This document shows, in pieces, positions 46,550 to 56,396 of a stretch of 60,277 bases of DNA. Each line of letters opens with the position of its first letter. The stretch's first letter is position 1. Made by a program: the position numbers and the translations under genes. Under the pieces are notes generated by a model. It saw only the letters and a program-made list of their open reading frames with translations. It searched no databases and had not been told where the DNA came from. This stretch comes from a virus (lineage: Duplodnaviria > Caudoviricetes), in IMG/VR virus record IMGVR_UViG_3300030380_002146, positions 1 through 60,277 of that record. One strand, written 5' to 3'.

Positions 46550-47440
46550 ATGAATAATACCCAATTAAAAGAAGAAGAAAAAACAGAACAACTTGAACTC
46601 AATATTGAAATTGAAGAGGATGAAGTTGAAACTGATTCTGGAGTAGAAGTAAAAAAGGAAGAAGAAAAAACATCTAAAGACCAAGAACTTGATTCTTATA
46701 CTGATGATGTAAAGAAAAGAATTAATACTTTAACTTGGAAAATGAGAGAAGCTGAGCGTAGAGAAAAAGCAGCCCTTGATTATGCAAAGAAAGTTAAAGA
46801 AGAAAATGAAAGTCTTTCTACTAAATATAATAAAACTAATGAAGACCTCCAAGAACAATACGGAGGAAAAATTGTTAGTCAATTAGCCGAAGCAAAAAGA
46901 GCATATAAACTAGCTTATGAGGAAGGCGATGCCGATCAAATGGCAGAAGCCCAATCAATTATTGCAAAATTAAGTGTAGAAGAAGAAAATGTTAAAAAGA
47001 AAAAAGAAGAACTCGCTACACAAAAGGAAGACGTAAAAACCGTTGCAGAACAACCACTTGAGCAAAATAAACCTGCTCAAGACCCTGATCCTAAAGCCGT
47101 AGAATGGGCTAGTAGAAACGATTGGTTTGGAAAAAACGACGCAATGACCTTTACAGTTTACTCAATTCATCGTAAACTGACCGAAGAAGAAGGTTTTGAT
47201 CCTACGTCTGATGAATATTATGCAGAGGTAGACAAAAGAATAAGAGACGAATTTCCTCATAAATTTGAGGATAACAAAACAGGAACAACTCGTAAAAACG
47301 TCCAGACGGTTGCACCTGCAAATAGAAATGTAAAAAATGGACGCAATACTATTCGCTTGACCAAAAGTCAAGTGGCTATCGCTAAAAAACTTGGAGTACC
47401 ACTCGAAGAATACGCAAAACATGTGAAGGAGCCAACTTAA
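46550..47440 (+). CDS. Putative capsid scaffolding protein
   Basis: Acidic coiled coil; W..RNDWFG; C-terminal LTKSQVAIAKKLGVPLEEYAK; lies between portal and capsid. Confidence 0.65.
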   Translation: MNNTQLKEEEKTEQLELNIEIEEDEVETDSGVEVKKEEEKTSKDQELDSYTDDVKKRINTLTWKMREAERREKAALDYAKKVKEENESLSTKYNKTNEDLQEQYGGKIVSQLAEAKRAYKLAYEEGDADQMAEAQSIIAKLSVEEENVKKKKEELATQKEDVKTVAEQPLEQNKPAQDPDPKAVEWASRNDWFGKNDAMTFTVYSIHRKLTEEEGFDPTSDEYYAEVDKRIRDEFPHKFEDNKTGTTRKNVQTVAPANRNVKNGRNTIRLTKSQVAIAKKLGVPLEEYAKHVKEPT

Positions 47441-47907
47441 TGTCACAAAATGTTACGAATAGAACCTCACGTGCTGCTGAAACTCGTTCAACGCAAGAAC
47501 GCAAGAGACCTTGGAAACCAGCATCATCTTTAGAAACACCTCAAGCCCCTGAAGGCTATAAATTCAGATGGATAAGAGCCGAAGTACGAGGACAATCCGA
47601 TACTAAAAACGTCGCTTCTAGATTAAGAGAAGGATGGGAATTTGTTCGTGCCGAGGATTATCCAGACTTTCATGCACCGACTATTGAAGACGGAAAGCAT
47701 GCTGGTGTAATTGGAGTTGGTGGGTTATTATTAGCCAAGATCCCAGAAGAGATTGTTGAAAGCCGTGCAGCTTATTTTGCAAGTCAAACTGCAGATCAGA
47801 TGACAGCCGTAGATAATGATCTTATGAAAGAACAGCACCCTTTGATGCCTATAAGCAAAGAAGGGGATAGCCGAGTAACTTTTGGTGGTCCAAGAACGAA
47901 AGTTTAA
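47440..47907 (+). CDS. Conserved head-module hypothetical protein
   Basis: PEGYKFRWIR, REGWEFV, GVGGLLLAKIP. Confidence 0.65.
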   Translation: MSQNVTNRTSRAAETRSTQERKRPWKPASSLETPQAPEGYKFRWIRAEVRGQSDTKNVASRLREGWEFVRAEDYPDFHAPTIEDGKHAGVIGVGGLLLAKIPEEIVESRAAYFASQTADQMTAVDNDLMKEQHPLMPISKEGDSRVTFGGPRTKV

Positions 47908-47943
47908 GGATCTTATTTTAACTTTAATTCGGAGATATGAATT

Positions 47944-48588
47944 ATGGCAAACAGTAACGTAGCCTTCGGTTTAAAACCGATAGGCATTTTGGGTGCAGCA
48001 CCCTATACTTCTGGAGTAACTGAATATCGTATTGCGTCTGATAATAGTAATCCTATTTTTCAGGGCATGGCAGTTATCCCATTGGCAGCAGGAGTTATTG
48101 ACGATCTACAGGCAGCAGCAGGTGGAACCGTCAGTATCGCTGGTGTCTTTAACGGTTGTGAATATGTTTCTTCAACAACTGGAGAAAAAATATTCTCTAA
48201 CTATTGGCCAGGATCAGGGGCAGACAGTAACTTCCCTGTAAAGGCTTTCGTGTACGATAACCCTAATCAGTTATTTACTATATGTACTTCTAACGTAGTA
48301 TCTGCAGCAAATACTGAAGCAGAGGTTCGTGCAGCAGTATTTGCAAATATTGCTTTCGCAACTGGAAACAGTGGTTCTACAACTACTGGTATTTCCTCTG
48401 CAACAGCAGATTTAAATACTATAGCAACCACCAACACTTTAGCATTAAGAATTATGGGTGTCCAAGATGACCCTGAAAATTCTGATTTTACTGCTGCTGG
48501 TATTCCATTAATTGTTCGTATAAACAACCACTTCAATGCACCGACTGGTTCTATTGCTGCTGGTACTGTTTCTACAACTGGCGTATAA
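47944..48588 (+). CDS. Putative head decoration/cement protein
   Basis: MAN...FGLKP, GVFNGCEY; directly precedes the major capsid gene. Confidence 0.6.
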   Translation: MANSNVAFGLKPIGILGAAPYTSGVTEYRIASDNSNPIFQGMAVIPLAAGVIDDLQAAAGGTVSIAGVFNGCEYVSSTTGEKIFSNYWPGSGADSNFPVKAFVYDNPNQLFTICTSNVVSAANTEAEVRAAVFANIAFATGNSGSTTTGISSATADLNTIATTNTLALRIMGVQDDPENSDFTAAGIPLIVRINNHFNAPTGSIAAGTVSTTGV

Positions 48589-48601
48589 GGGAGAATGAAT
48601 A

Positions 48602-49507
48602 ATGGCGATTTCACGTGCACAACTAGCTAAAGAGCTAGAACCAGGATTGAACGCATTGTTCGGTATGGAATATGGTAGGTACGAAAACGAGCATTCAGAA
48701 ATTTTTGATACAGAATCTTCAGATAGAGCATTTGAAGAAGAGGTCATGCTTTCTGGGTTCGGTGCTGCACCAACAAAATCTGAAGGTGGTACGGTCAATT
48801 TTGATACTGCAAACGAAGCATTCACTGCTCGTTTCACTCATGAGACCATAGCTTTAGCTTTCTCTATTACAGAAGAAGCTATCGAAGATAACCTTTATGA
48901 CAGACTTGGTTCAAGGTACACTCGTGCTTTAGCAAGATCTATGGCTCATACAAAACAAGTCAAAGCAGCAGCAATTCTTAATAACGCTTTCACAGGTGGT
49001 GCATCCGCAGGTGGAGACGGAAAAGCATTGTGTGCAGCAGACCACCCACTAACAAGTGGTGGTACGTTGGACAATGTTGCTGCAGCAGATTTGAATGAAA
49101 CATCTTTAGAAGATGCGTTAATTTCAATATCTAGCTTTACTGACGAAAGAGGGCTAAAAATTGCGTTAAGAGGAATGAAGTTAATTATTCCTTCAGGCTT
49201 GCAATTTATTGCTGACAGATTATTACAATCTGCTCTACGTCCAGGAACTGCTGATAATGATGTAAACGCAGTTAAGAACATGGGAATGTTACCACAAGGT
49301 TACGTTGTAAACCATTTCTTAACAGATACAGATGCGTTCTTTATCAAAACTGACGCTCCAAATGGTTTTAAACATTTTGAGCGTGCACCAATTAAAACTC
49401 AGATGGAAGGTGATTTCGATACTGGAAATATGAGATTTAAGGCAAGAGAAAGATACTCTTTCGGTTTTTCAGACCCAAGATGTGTCTTTGGAAGTCCAGG
49501 AGCATAA
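48602..49507 (+). CDS. Major capsid protein (HK97 fold)
   Basis: MAISRAQLAKELEPGLNALFG, HETIALAFSITEEA, KARERYSFGFSDPR; followed by a strong terminator. Confidence 0.9.
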   Translation: MAISRAQLAKELEPGLNALFGMEYGRYENEHSEIFDTESSDRAFEEEVMLSGFGAAPTKSEGGTVNFDTANEAFTARFTHETIALAFSITEEAIEDNLYDRLGSRYTRALARSMAHTKQVKAAAILNNAFTGGASAGGDGKALCAADHPLTSGGTLDNVAAADLNETSLEDALISISSFTDERGLKIALRGMKLIIPSGLQFIADRLLQSALRPGTADNDVNAVKNMGMLPQGYVVNHFLTDTDAFFIKTDAPNGFKHFERAPIKTQMEGDFDTGNMRFKARERYSFGFSDPRCVFGSPGA

Positions 49508-49515
49508 ATAAAAAT

Positions 49516-49545
49516 AAAAGGGTGACTAGTCAGTCACCCTTTTTT
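49516..49545 (+). terminator. Rho-independent terminator (bidirectional-type)
   Basis: aaaagggtgact-agtc-agtcaccctttttt. Confidence 0.9.
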
Positions 49546-49612
49546 ATTATATATTAATTTTAACCCTAACAATCACATCCCGTGATTGACTAAGCCAAGA
49601 TAGGAGATTAAA

Positions 49613-50239
49613 ATGGCTAATACAACTTTTAAAGGAACTTTACGTTCAGAAGGTGGTTACTCATCTATTGCTACTGCAGCAACAACTGGAGTAGAAACAA
49701 CTCAAATGTCAATAACTTCTGCTGGATTTGCATCTATGGATGCTAATACAATGGCAGTAGAAGCAGGAACAGGTATTACAACTGGCACTGGAACTATCTA
49801 CAGAAGTTCCGTTCAAAGAGTTGGTGGTATAATTACAACAAGAATTCTAATTGATTTAACTGGATTAAGATCAACAGGTGGTGCTGACATCATTGGTGTT
49901 AATGGAACTGCTTTAGTTTGTCATATTGGTCAAATAACTGCTGCTAGAAACGGTACAATCTTAACAGGTAGTATGGAATGTTTTGAAGCACCAGCAGGTG
50001 GTGACCCAGACATTAACGTACATTCTGCAACAGAAGGAACTGGAGTAGAAGACGGTGCTATTGCTGATTTAACGGAAACATTGTTAGTTAATGCAGGAGA
50101 TGCAACAACTGGAAGTAAAGTTTATTTTACTGGTGTTCCTGCAGCAGATGAATTTTTATACTTAACAACTGGTGCTGCGACAGACGCAGATTACACAGCA
50201 GGTAAGTTGTTCATCGAATTAATGGGCTACGAAGCATAA
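49613..50239 (+). CDS. Putative virion structural protein (head fibre/decoration)
   Basis: MANTTFKG.LRSEGG N-terminus; Thr/Gly-rich; follows the capsid gene. Confidence 0.55.
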   Translation: MANTTFKGTLRSEGGYSSIATAATTGVETTQMSITSAGFASMDANTMAVEAGTGITTGTGTIYRSSVQRVGGIITTRILIDLTGLRSTGGADIIGVNGTALVCHIGQITAARNGTILTGSMECFEAPAGGDPDINVHSATEGTGVEDGAIADLTETLLVNAGDATTGSKVYFTGVPAADEFLYLTTGAATDADYTAGKLFIELMGYEA

Positions 50240-50242
50240 TTA

Positions 50243-50267
50243 AGGGGGTTTCATACCCCCCTCTTTT
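50243..50267 (+). terminator. Probable terminator
   Basis: gggggt-ttcat-accccc followed by ctctttt. Confidence 0.6.
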
Positions 50268-50281
50268 ATAAGGAGATAAGT

Positions 50282-50566
50282 ATGGCAGGTCGTTCAGACA
50301 CCAAGGCATTTAACATTAATCAGGGTGATAGTGCTGCTGTTTTAGGCTCAGCACGTTCTAGAATAAGACAAGTTGTTATATTTGGTAATTCTGCTGGTGT
50401 GTTAACAATTAAAGATGGCTCAGGTGGAGCAACATTATTGCTTCAAAGTTTTCCTACTGGATTACATACTTTGAATATTCCAGATCAAGGAATATTAGCA
50501 GAGAATGGGGCTTACATTCATGGCTTTACAGGTACAGGAAATAAGTTAACTTTATTTTTATCCTAA
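50282..50566 (+). CDS. Small structural-type protein
   Basis: AGGAG RBS; beta-rich; IPDQGIL motif. Confidence 0.6.
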   Translation: MAGRSDTKAFNINQGDSAAVLGSARSRIRQVVIFGNSAGVLTIKDGSGGATLLLQSFPTGLHTLNIPDQGILAENGAYIHGFTGTGNKLTLFLS

Positions 50567-50865
50567 TGGCTGAAAAGAAGAAAAGAAAAGAAAAACCGAT
50601 AAAGACTTCAGTTAAGTCTGGTAATTTCCGTTCTACTAAGTCTGGAGCAGGAATGACGACTAAAGGGGTTAAAGCCTATAGACGAGCCAATCCTGGAAGT
50701 AAATTAAAGACGGCTGTTACTGGAAAAGTAAAAAAAGGCAGTAAAGCATCGAAGAGAAGAAAGTCTTTTTGTGCAAGAAGTGCTGGTCAGATGAAGAAGT
50801 TTCCTAAAGCAGCAAAGAACCCTAATAGTCGTTTACGACAAGCTAGAAGAAGGTGGAAGTGTTAA
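50566..50865 (+). CDS. Highly basic conserved phage protein (DUF6321-like)
   Basis: GMTTKGVKAYRRANPGSKLK...RRKSFCARS...ARRRWKC. Confidence 0.7.
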   Translation: MAEKKKRKEKPIKTSVKSGNFRSTKSGAGMTTKGVKAYRRANPGSKLKTAVTGKVKKGSKASKRRKSFCARSAGQMKKFPKAAKNPNSRLRQARRRWKC

Positions 50866-51023
50866 TGAAAGCAGCAGACGTTTTAAAACTCTTAGAAAAA
50901 CATGAAGCTCAATGTGATAAAAGATACGCAGAGATTCAAGATAAACTTAAATCTTTAGATGGTAGAGTTTGGGGTTTATATGGCGTTATTATTGGCGTGG
51001 CAGTATTAGAGAAAATATTCTAA
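50865..51023 (+). CDS. Small coiled-coil plus TM protein (52 aa, not in the ORF track)
   Basis: MKAADVLKLLEKHEAQCDKRYAEIQDKLKSLDGRVWGLYGVIIGVAVLEKIF; TAATG coupling at both ends. Confidence 0.7.
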   Translation: MKAADVLKLLEKHEAQCDKRYAEIQDKLKSLDGRVWGLYGVIIGVAVLEKIF

Positions 51024-51217
51024 TGGTTATGGCAAGATCTTCCATGCGACAGCAGATAACTAAACCACCTCAGAAAAGGAAAAAGAAAATGCCATTAAAT
51101 AAATATTCTTCGAAACAAAAGAAGCTAGCCAGAATAGCATCACCTAGAGATAAGATTACAGGTGCAGATTTTAAAAAACTTAAAAAGAAGAAAAAGGTAA
51201 AGAAAGGAAAAGCATAA
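51023..51217 (+). CDS. Small highly basic protein
   Basis: MVMARSSMRQQITKPP...DKITGADFKKL; start placed at the TAATG junction. Confidence 0.6.
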   Translation: MVMARSSMRQQITKPPQKRKKKMPLNKYSSKQKKLARIASPRDKITGADFKKLKKKKKVKKGKA

Positions 51218-51462
51218 TGCCTAAAGACGCTTGTTATAGAAAAGTAAAAGCACGGTATAAAGTATTTCCTTCTGCTTATGCTAGTGGTTCGATAGCTAAG
51301 TGTAGAAAAGTTGGTGCTGCAAATTATGGTAATAAATCTAAGGTAAAGAAGAAAGTTCTTGGTGGCTATATGGGAGCAAAAAGACCATCTAGCAATCCAA
51401 ATATAGCGAGAGGTTGTGGGGCTATTATGAATAAAAAAAGAAAAGAAACGAAACGTGCATAA
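51217..51462 (+). CDS. Small basic conserved phage protein
   Basis: DACYRKVKARYKVFPSAYASG..AKCRK; KVLGGYMG. Confidence 0.65.
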   Translation: MPKDACYRKVKARYKVFPSAYASGSIAKCRKVGAANYGNKSKVKKKVLGGYMGAKRPSSNPNIARGCGAIMNKKRKETKRA

Positions 51463-51746
51463 TGGCTGTAAGAAAAACAAAAGCAGGGTTAGCACTAAAA
51501 AGATGGTTTAAAGAAGACTGGAAAGATGTTCGTTCAGGCAAAAAATGTGGAAGAAAAAAGGGCGAAAAAAGAGGAACACCGTATTGTAGACCAAGTAAAA
51601 GAATTAGTTCTAAGACACCTAAAACAACAAAAGAATTAACATCTGCAGAAAAACGTAGTAGGGTTAGACAGAAAGTTGCTTTAGGACAACCAAGTAAGGG
51701 TAAACCAAGAAACGTAAAACCACTAAAAAGAAAAAGGAGAGCTTAA
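51462..51746 (+). CDS. Small basic conserved phage protein
   Basis: LKRWFKEDWKDV..GKKCGR...PYCRP...KTPKT. Confidence 0.65.
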   Translation: MAVRKTKAGLALKRWFKEDWKDVRSGKKCGRKKGEKRGTPYCRPSKRISSKTPKTTKELTSAEKRSRVRQKVALGQPSKGKPRNVKPLKRKRRA

Positions 51747-51747
51747 A

Positions 51748-51996
51748 ATGCCAGGAATGAATAAAAACCCACTAAATATGGCAATACAAAAAGTAAAAGG
51801 TAGAAAAATGGGTGGCAGTATGATGCCTACGGCTGAAGAACTAAATCCAGGAAAATCTGTAGATGTTACTGAAATGGCTATGGGTGGCTATATGGACGGT
51901 GAGATCGAAAAGAAAATGATGGGTGGCTACATGGGTGGTGGCTACATGGGAAAAATGGCTATGGGTGGCTACATGGATAAAAAGGGTAAGAAGTAA
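51748..51996 (+). CDS. Met/Gly-rich small protein with MGGYM repeats
   Basis: MAMGGYM / MMGGYMGGGYM / MAMGGYM. Confidence 0.6.
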   Translation: MPGMNKNPLNMAIQKVKGRKMGGSMMPTAEELNPGKSVDVTEMAMGGYMDGEIEKKMMGGYMGGGYMGKMAMGGYMDKKGKK

Positions 51997-52667
51997 TGGC
52001 AACTTCTGGTTCATCTGATTTTGAACTTGCTGTAGATGATTATATCGAAGAGGCTTTTGAGCGATGTGGTTTAGAAGTTAGAACAGGATATGATTTAAGA
52101 ACAGCAAAAAGATCTTTGAACCTTATGTTTGCAGATTGGGCGAATCGTGGCTTAAATCGGTGGACTATTACTCAAACAACTACAACTATTACAGACGGCA
52201 CTACAGAATATACTTTAGCAGCAGATACAATAGACGTATTATCTGCTGTAATAAGAGAAAATGCAGGAACTGCCTCTCAAACAGATACAGCGATTACAAG
52301 AATAGGTAGAGATACTTATTTAAATATTTCTAGCAAGTTAACTGAGTCAAGACCAACTCAGTTTTATATTGATAGACAAGTCGTACCGAAAATTAGATTA
52401 TATCCAACACCAAATGCAACATATAGTTTAGTCTACGATAGACTAACAAGAATAGAAGATGCTGATGCTATTACCAATACAGTAGATATACCTTTTAGAT
52501 TTTATCCTTGTCTTGCTGCAGGATTAGCGTATTATTTATCTATAAAGAAAGCTCCTGATAGGGTGCAAATATTAAAAACTATATATGATGAAGAGTTTGA
52601 TAGAGCTGCGACTGAGGATAGAGATAGAACAAGTTTAAAACTATTACCATACGAAAGATATATTTAA
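51996..52667 (+). CDS. Head-tail adaptor / tail tubular protein A-like
   Basis: IEEAFERCG, AKRSLNL..ADWANRG, RPTQFY, LYPTP, LAAGLAYYL. Confidence 0.7.
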   Translation: MATSGSSDFELAVDDYIEEAFERCGLEVRTGYDLRTAKRSLNLMFADWANRGLNRWTITQTTTTITDGTTEYTLAADTIDVLSAVIRENAGTASQTDTAITRIGRDTYLNISSKLTESRPTQFYIDRQVVPKIRLYPTPNATYSLVYDRLTRIEDADAITNTVDIPFRFYPCLAAGLAYYLSIKKAPDRVQILKTIYDEEFDRAATEDRDRTSLKLLPYERYI

Positions 52668-53171
52668 ATGGCTTTTGCAAGAGGAAAACATGCCTTCTTT
52701 TTATCGGATAGGAGTGGTATGCGTTTTCCATACAAAGAAAGAATAAAAGAGTGGAATGGTTCTGTTGTGCATATTTCTGAATACGAAGAAAAGCATGAAC
52801 AACTTGACCCACATAGAACAGTTATAGATCCACAGTCTTTACGAGAAAATAGACCTGATGTAAAAACAGAAAGCAGTGTTGAAATTTTATTAGGATTGAA
52901 TCCTTTTTTATCTAGTAGTTCAGGTAGTGCTGTAATTACAGTAGTAGAAAAGAACCATGGAAGGGCTAGTAGCGATACTGTTCGATTTAGAAACATAGTT
53001 GGTTTTGATGGATTTACAAGAACTGTTTTAGAAAAAGCAGAGGGGTATAGTATAACGAAAGTTGACGATAATACCTATACTTTTACTGCAAGTAGTGGTA
53101 CATCATTAATAGGAAGTGTAAATGGTGGTGGGCGTAATGCAACTGCTGGTCCAGTTACGTTGGGGGCATAA
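52668..53171 (+). CDS. Conserved virion-module protein
   Basis: SDRSGMRFPY...EWNG...E.KH.Q N-terminus plus a beta-rich NHG...DTVRF domain. Confidence 0.55.
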   Translation: MAFARGKHAFFLSDRSGMRFPYKERIKEWNGSVVHISEYEEKHEQLDPHRTVIDPQSLRENRPDVKTESSVEILLGLNPFLSSSSGSAVITVVEKNHGRASSDTVRFRNIVGFDGFTRTVLEKAEGYSITKVDDNTYTFTASSGTSLIGSVNGGGRNATAGPVTLGA

Positions 53172-53816
53172 ATGAGTTTTACATTAGCTACATTAACGAC
53201 AGCTATACAAGATTATACAGATAATAATGAAACTGTTTTCGTTTCTCAAATAAATAACTTTATAAAAGCAGCAGAAGAAAAAATATTAAAAAGTGTTGAT
53301 CTCGATTATTTTAGAAAAAATGTTACAAGTGCTTTAACAGCTTCAGATGCCTTTCTTACAGTGCCTTCAGATTATTTAGCATCGTTTTCTTTACAAATAA
53401 CAACTTCTGGATCAGAAAGTTTTTTATTACAAAAAGATGTTAATTACATAAGAGAGTATGTAGTTTCAGCCTCAACTACAGGTGTACCAAAATATTTTGC
53501 AAGGTTTGATGAAAATAATTTTATTTTAGGTCCAACTCCAAATAGTAATTATGCAATAGAACTTCACTATTTTTATAGACCTACTAGTTTAGTAGATTCT
53601 GGATCTAATACAACTTGGGTTAGTACAAATGCGTCTTTTGCTTTATTATATGGAGCACTTGTGGAGGCTTATACTTTTATGAAAGGTGAGCCTGATATAA
53701 TACAAAACTATAATGGGTTATATGCACAATATTTAGATAGACTAAAAGATCTTGGAGAAGCAAGAGAAAACACAGATGGTTATAGAGTTGGTCTGCCATC
53801 GAGACCAAGAACATAG
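53172..53816 (+). CDS. Second adaptor-like neck protein
   Basis: L...IQDY, FIKAAE, GVPKYF, GPTPNSNY, LLYGALVEAY. Confidence 0.65.
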   Translation: MSFTLATLTTAIQDYTDNNETVFVSQINNFIKAAEEKILKSVDLDYFRKNVTSALTASDAFLTVPSDYLASFSLQITTSGSESFLLQKDVNYIREYVVSASTTGVPKYFARFDENNFILGPTPNSNYAIELHYFYRPTSLVDSGSNTTWVSTNASFALLYGALVEAYTFMKGEPDIIQNYNGLYAQYLDRLKDLGEARENTDGYRVGLPSRPRT

Positions 53817-53825
53817 GAGTAGAAA

Positions 53826-54308
53826 ATGGCAACAGCAAACGCAGCAACTTCCTTTTTAGAAAATAGACTATTAAGTTTAATTTTTAAAAACAATGCAGCA
53901 TCGTTTAGCACCCCTGGAAACAGTATTTATGTTGGACTAGCCACAGCAGTATCTGATTTCAGTAGTTCAACAGGTGAGTCTTCTGCCTCAACTGCGATAA
54001 CGGAAGCAACGTATTCTGGCTACGCAAGAAAAAATGTTCCTCATGCTGATTGGACATTAACAGCAGATACGGCAGATACTCAATCAATTAAAAACACTAA
54101 TAATATAGAATATGATCCATCTACAGACGGTACTCCTGATGTAATAACACATGTTTTTATATCAACAGTTGCTTCAGGAACATCTTTAGATTTAATAGGG
54201 TCAGGTGGTAACGTATTGTTTGTAGGAGCATTAGATACTTCAAAAACGATAGCAGAGGGAGATATATTTAGAATCAATGCACTCAACTTAACAATAGAGT
54301 TAAAATAA
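53826..54308 (+). CDS. Tail-associated structural protein
   Basis: FLENRLL, IYVGLAT, YSGYARK, GALDTSKTI..GDIFRI. Confidence 0.6.
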   Translation: MATANAATSFLENRLLSLIFKNNAASFSTPGNSIYVGLATAVSDFSSSTGESSASTAITEATYSGYARKNVPHADWTLTADTADTQSIKNTNNIEYDPSTDGTPDVITHVFISTVASGTSLDLIGSGGNVLFVGALDTSKTIAEGDIFRINALNLTIELK

Positions 54309-56032
54309 TGGCGTTTGTAATAAATGACAGAGTAAAAGAAACCTCTACATCTACTGGCACTGGTACATTTAATTTAGCTGGTGCAGTTACAGGTTTTGAA
54401 ACATTTGTTGCAGGAATAGGTAATTCTAATACGACTTATTATGCTATTACCCTTCCTGGAGTAGCAGAGTTTGAAGTTGGTATAGGCACTGTAACAGACG
54501 CAAGTCCAGACACATTATCTAGAGACACTATATTATCTTCTTCTAACTCAGATAGTGCAGTTAACTTTAGTGCTGGTACAAAAAATATTTTTTGTACAAT
54601 ACCAGCATCTAAATCAGTTCTTTTAAGTGACGTTGGAGCTTCTACTTTAGATTTAAGTTCTGCTAAGACACACACAGGTTTATATGGAAGTTCATCAGCA
54701 CCAATAGAATTTACAGTTACAGTAGGAACTAAAACAGCATCACATCCTTACTATGGAGATGGAAGTAGCAGTGCCTATTTTATAAACGGTATCGAATCAC
54801 CTGCTTTGACATTACATGGTGTTGACAATGTAACATCTAATTCAGAATATTATTATAGGTTTACTCTTAGTTCAGGTAATATGTCAAGCCATCCATTTAG
54901 ACTTTACTTAGACGCAGATAAGACTACAGCGTATACGACAGGTGTAACAACAACTAGCACATATTTACAAATAGCAGTAAATGAAGACACCCCTAATATA
55001 CTTTATTATCAATGTTCCTCTCATGCTTATATGGGTAATTATGCGATTACGTTAGGATCTAATAAAATAAATCATACTGAAGCTCTAATAAGTTTTCCAA
55101 CTACAACTGGAACACTTGTAGGAACAGGTGATACAGGTTCAGTAACTAATACTATGTTAGCTGGATCTATCGCAGATAGTAAGCTAAATCAGATAACTAC
55201 GGCAGGAAAAGTTGCTCTTGGTGCTTTAGAAATAGATGGTGCAACTGATATTGGAGCAGATTTAGTAGACGCAGATCTAATTATTGTTGATGATGGTGCA
55301 GGTGGAACAGAAGTTAAATCTACTTTAACACGAGTTAAAAAATATATTTACTCTGCTATGTCAGGTGACGCAACTGCAAGTGATGCTGGTGCGTTGACAA
55401 TAGCAAACACTTCTGTGGAAACAGGTATGATTGCAAACGATGCAATAACAGCTACACAAATAGCTGATGATGCCGTTGGGGCAGATCAATTAGCATCAAG
55501 TGCAGTTGTTACAGCTTCTATTGTAGATGCTAATGTTACTTTAGCAAAAATAGCAAACCAAGCTGGAAATACTGTATTAGTAAGAGATGCTAATAGTTCT
55601 GGTGTTGTTTCTGCGAAAGCAGTTACAGACACACAAATACTAATAGGTGACGGAACTGGATTTACAGCAGCAGCATTGTCTGGCGATGTAACAATGGCAA
55701 ATGATGGAGCAGTTACGATAGCTAACGGTGCAGTAGAAAATGCAATGTTAGCAGACGATGCAGTAGGAGCAGATGAACTAGCTGCAAATGCCGTGGTTAA
55801 TGCAAGTGTTGCGTCTGGTGCTGCAATAGCATTTAGTAAGATGGCAGACTTAACAGCATCAAGAGCATTAGTATCTGATGGCAGTGGAGATGTATCCGTA
55901 AGTGCCGTTACTTCTACAGAGATTGGATATTTAGATGGAGTAAGCTCTGCAATACAAACACAATTAGATGCAAAAACAACAGCAACAGCAGCAGCAGATG
56001 AGGCGACAGCATTAGCAATAGCGTTAGGATAA
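54308..56032 (+). CDS. Tail fibre protein with an internal cupredoxin-like domain
   Basis: N-terminal DRVKETSTSTGTG anchor; SHPF...YYQCSSHAYMG; IADDAV repeats; EIGYLDGVSSAIQTQLD; ends ALAIALG. Confidence 0.7.
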   Translation: MAFVINDRVKETSTSTGTGTFNLAGAVTGFETFVAGIGNSNTTYYAITLPGVAEFEVGIGTVTDASPDTLSRDTILSSSNSDSAVNFSAGTKNIFCTIPASKSVLLSDVGASTLDLSSAKTHTGLYGSSSAPIEFTVTVGTKTASHPYYGDGSSSAYFINGIESPALTLHGVDNVTSNSEYYYRFTLSSGNMSSHPFRLYLDADKTTAYTTGVTTTSTYLQIAVNEDTPNILYYQCSSHAYMGNYAITLGSNKINHTEALISFPTTTGTLVGTGDTGSVTNTMLAGSIADSKLNQITTAGKVALGALEIDGATDIGADLVDADLIIVDDGAGGTEVKSTLTRVKKYIYSAMSGDATASDAGALTIANTSVETGMIANDAITATQIADDAVGADQLASSAVVTASIVDANVTLAKIANQAGNTVLVRDANSSGVVSAKAVTDTQILIGDGTGFTAAALSGDVTMANDGAVTIANGAVENAMLADDAVGADELAANAVVNASVASGAAIAFSKMADLTASRALVSDGSGDVSVSAVTSTEIGYLDGVSSAIQTQLDAKTTATAAADEATALAIALG

Positions 56033-56036
56033 TAAT

Positions 56037-56396
56037 ATGGCAAATACATTTAAAACTGTTACAGCAGCAGGGATAACAAGTGAAGAACAAATATATGTTG
56101 CAGGTGGTTCGATTGTTGCAACAATAGTTTTAGGAATTATGGTAGCCAACACAACAACAAGTCAAGTTACAGTATCAGTTCAATTAGTATCAAACACAGC
56201 TAGTAGAACACATGCTTCAACTAATAGTGGTAATAATGCTACAGTCCATTTGATTAAAAATGCACCAGTGCCTGTAGGTTCATCTCTTGAATTATTAGCT
56301 GGTAATAAGGTTGTATTAGAAGATACTGACGAAATTTTACTAACTGCATCAGGTGCATCAGATATAACTATATCAATAATGGAGATAACAGCCTAA
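56037..56396 (+). CDS. Small beta-rich virion protein (paralog of 5564..5983)
   Basis: MANTFK...HLIKNAPVPVGSSLELL.GNKVVLE. Confidence 0.6.
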   Translation: MANTFKTVTAAGITSEEQIYVAGGSIVATIVLGIMVANTTTSQVTVSVQLVSNTASRTHASTNSGNNATVHLIKNAPVPVGSSLELLAGNKVVLEDTDEILLTASGASDITISIMEITA

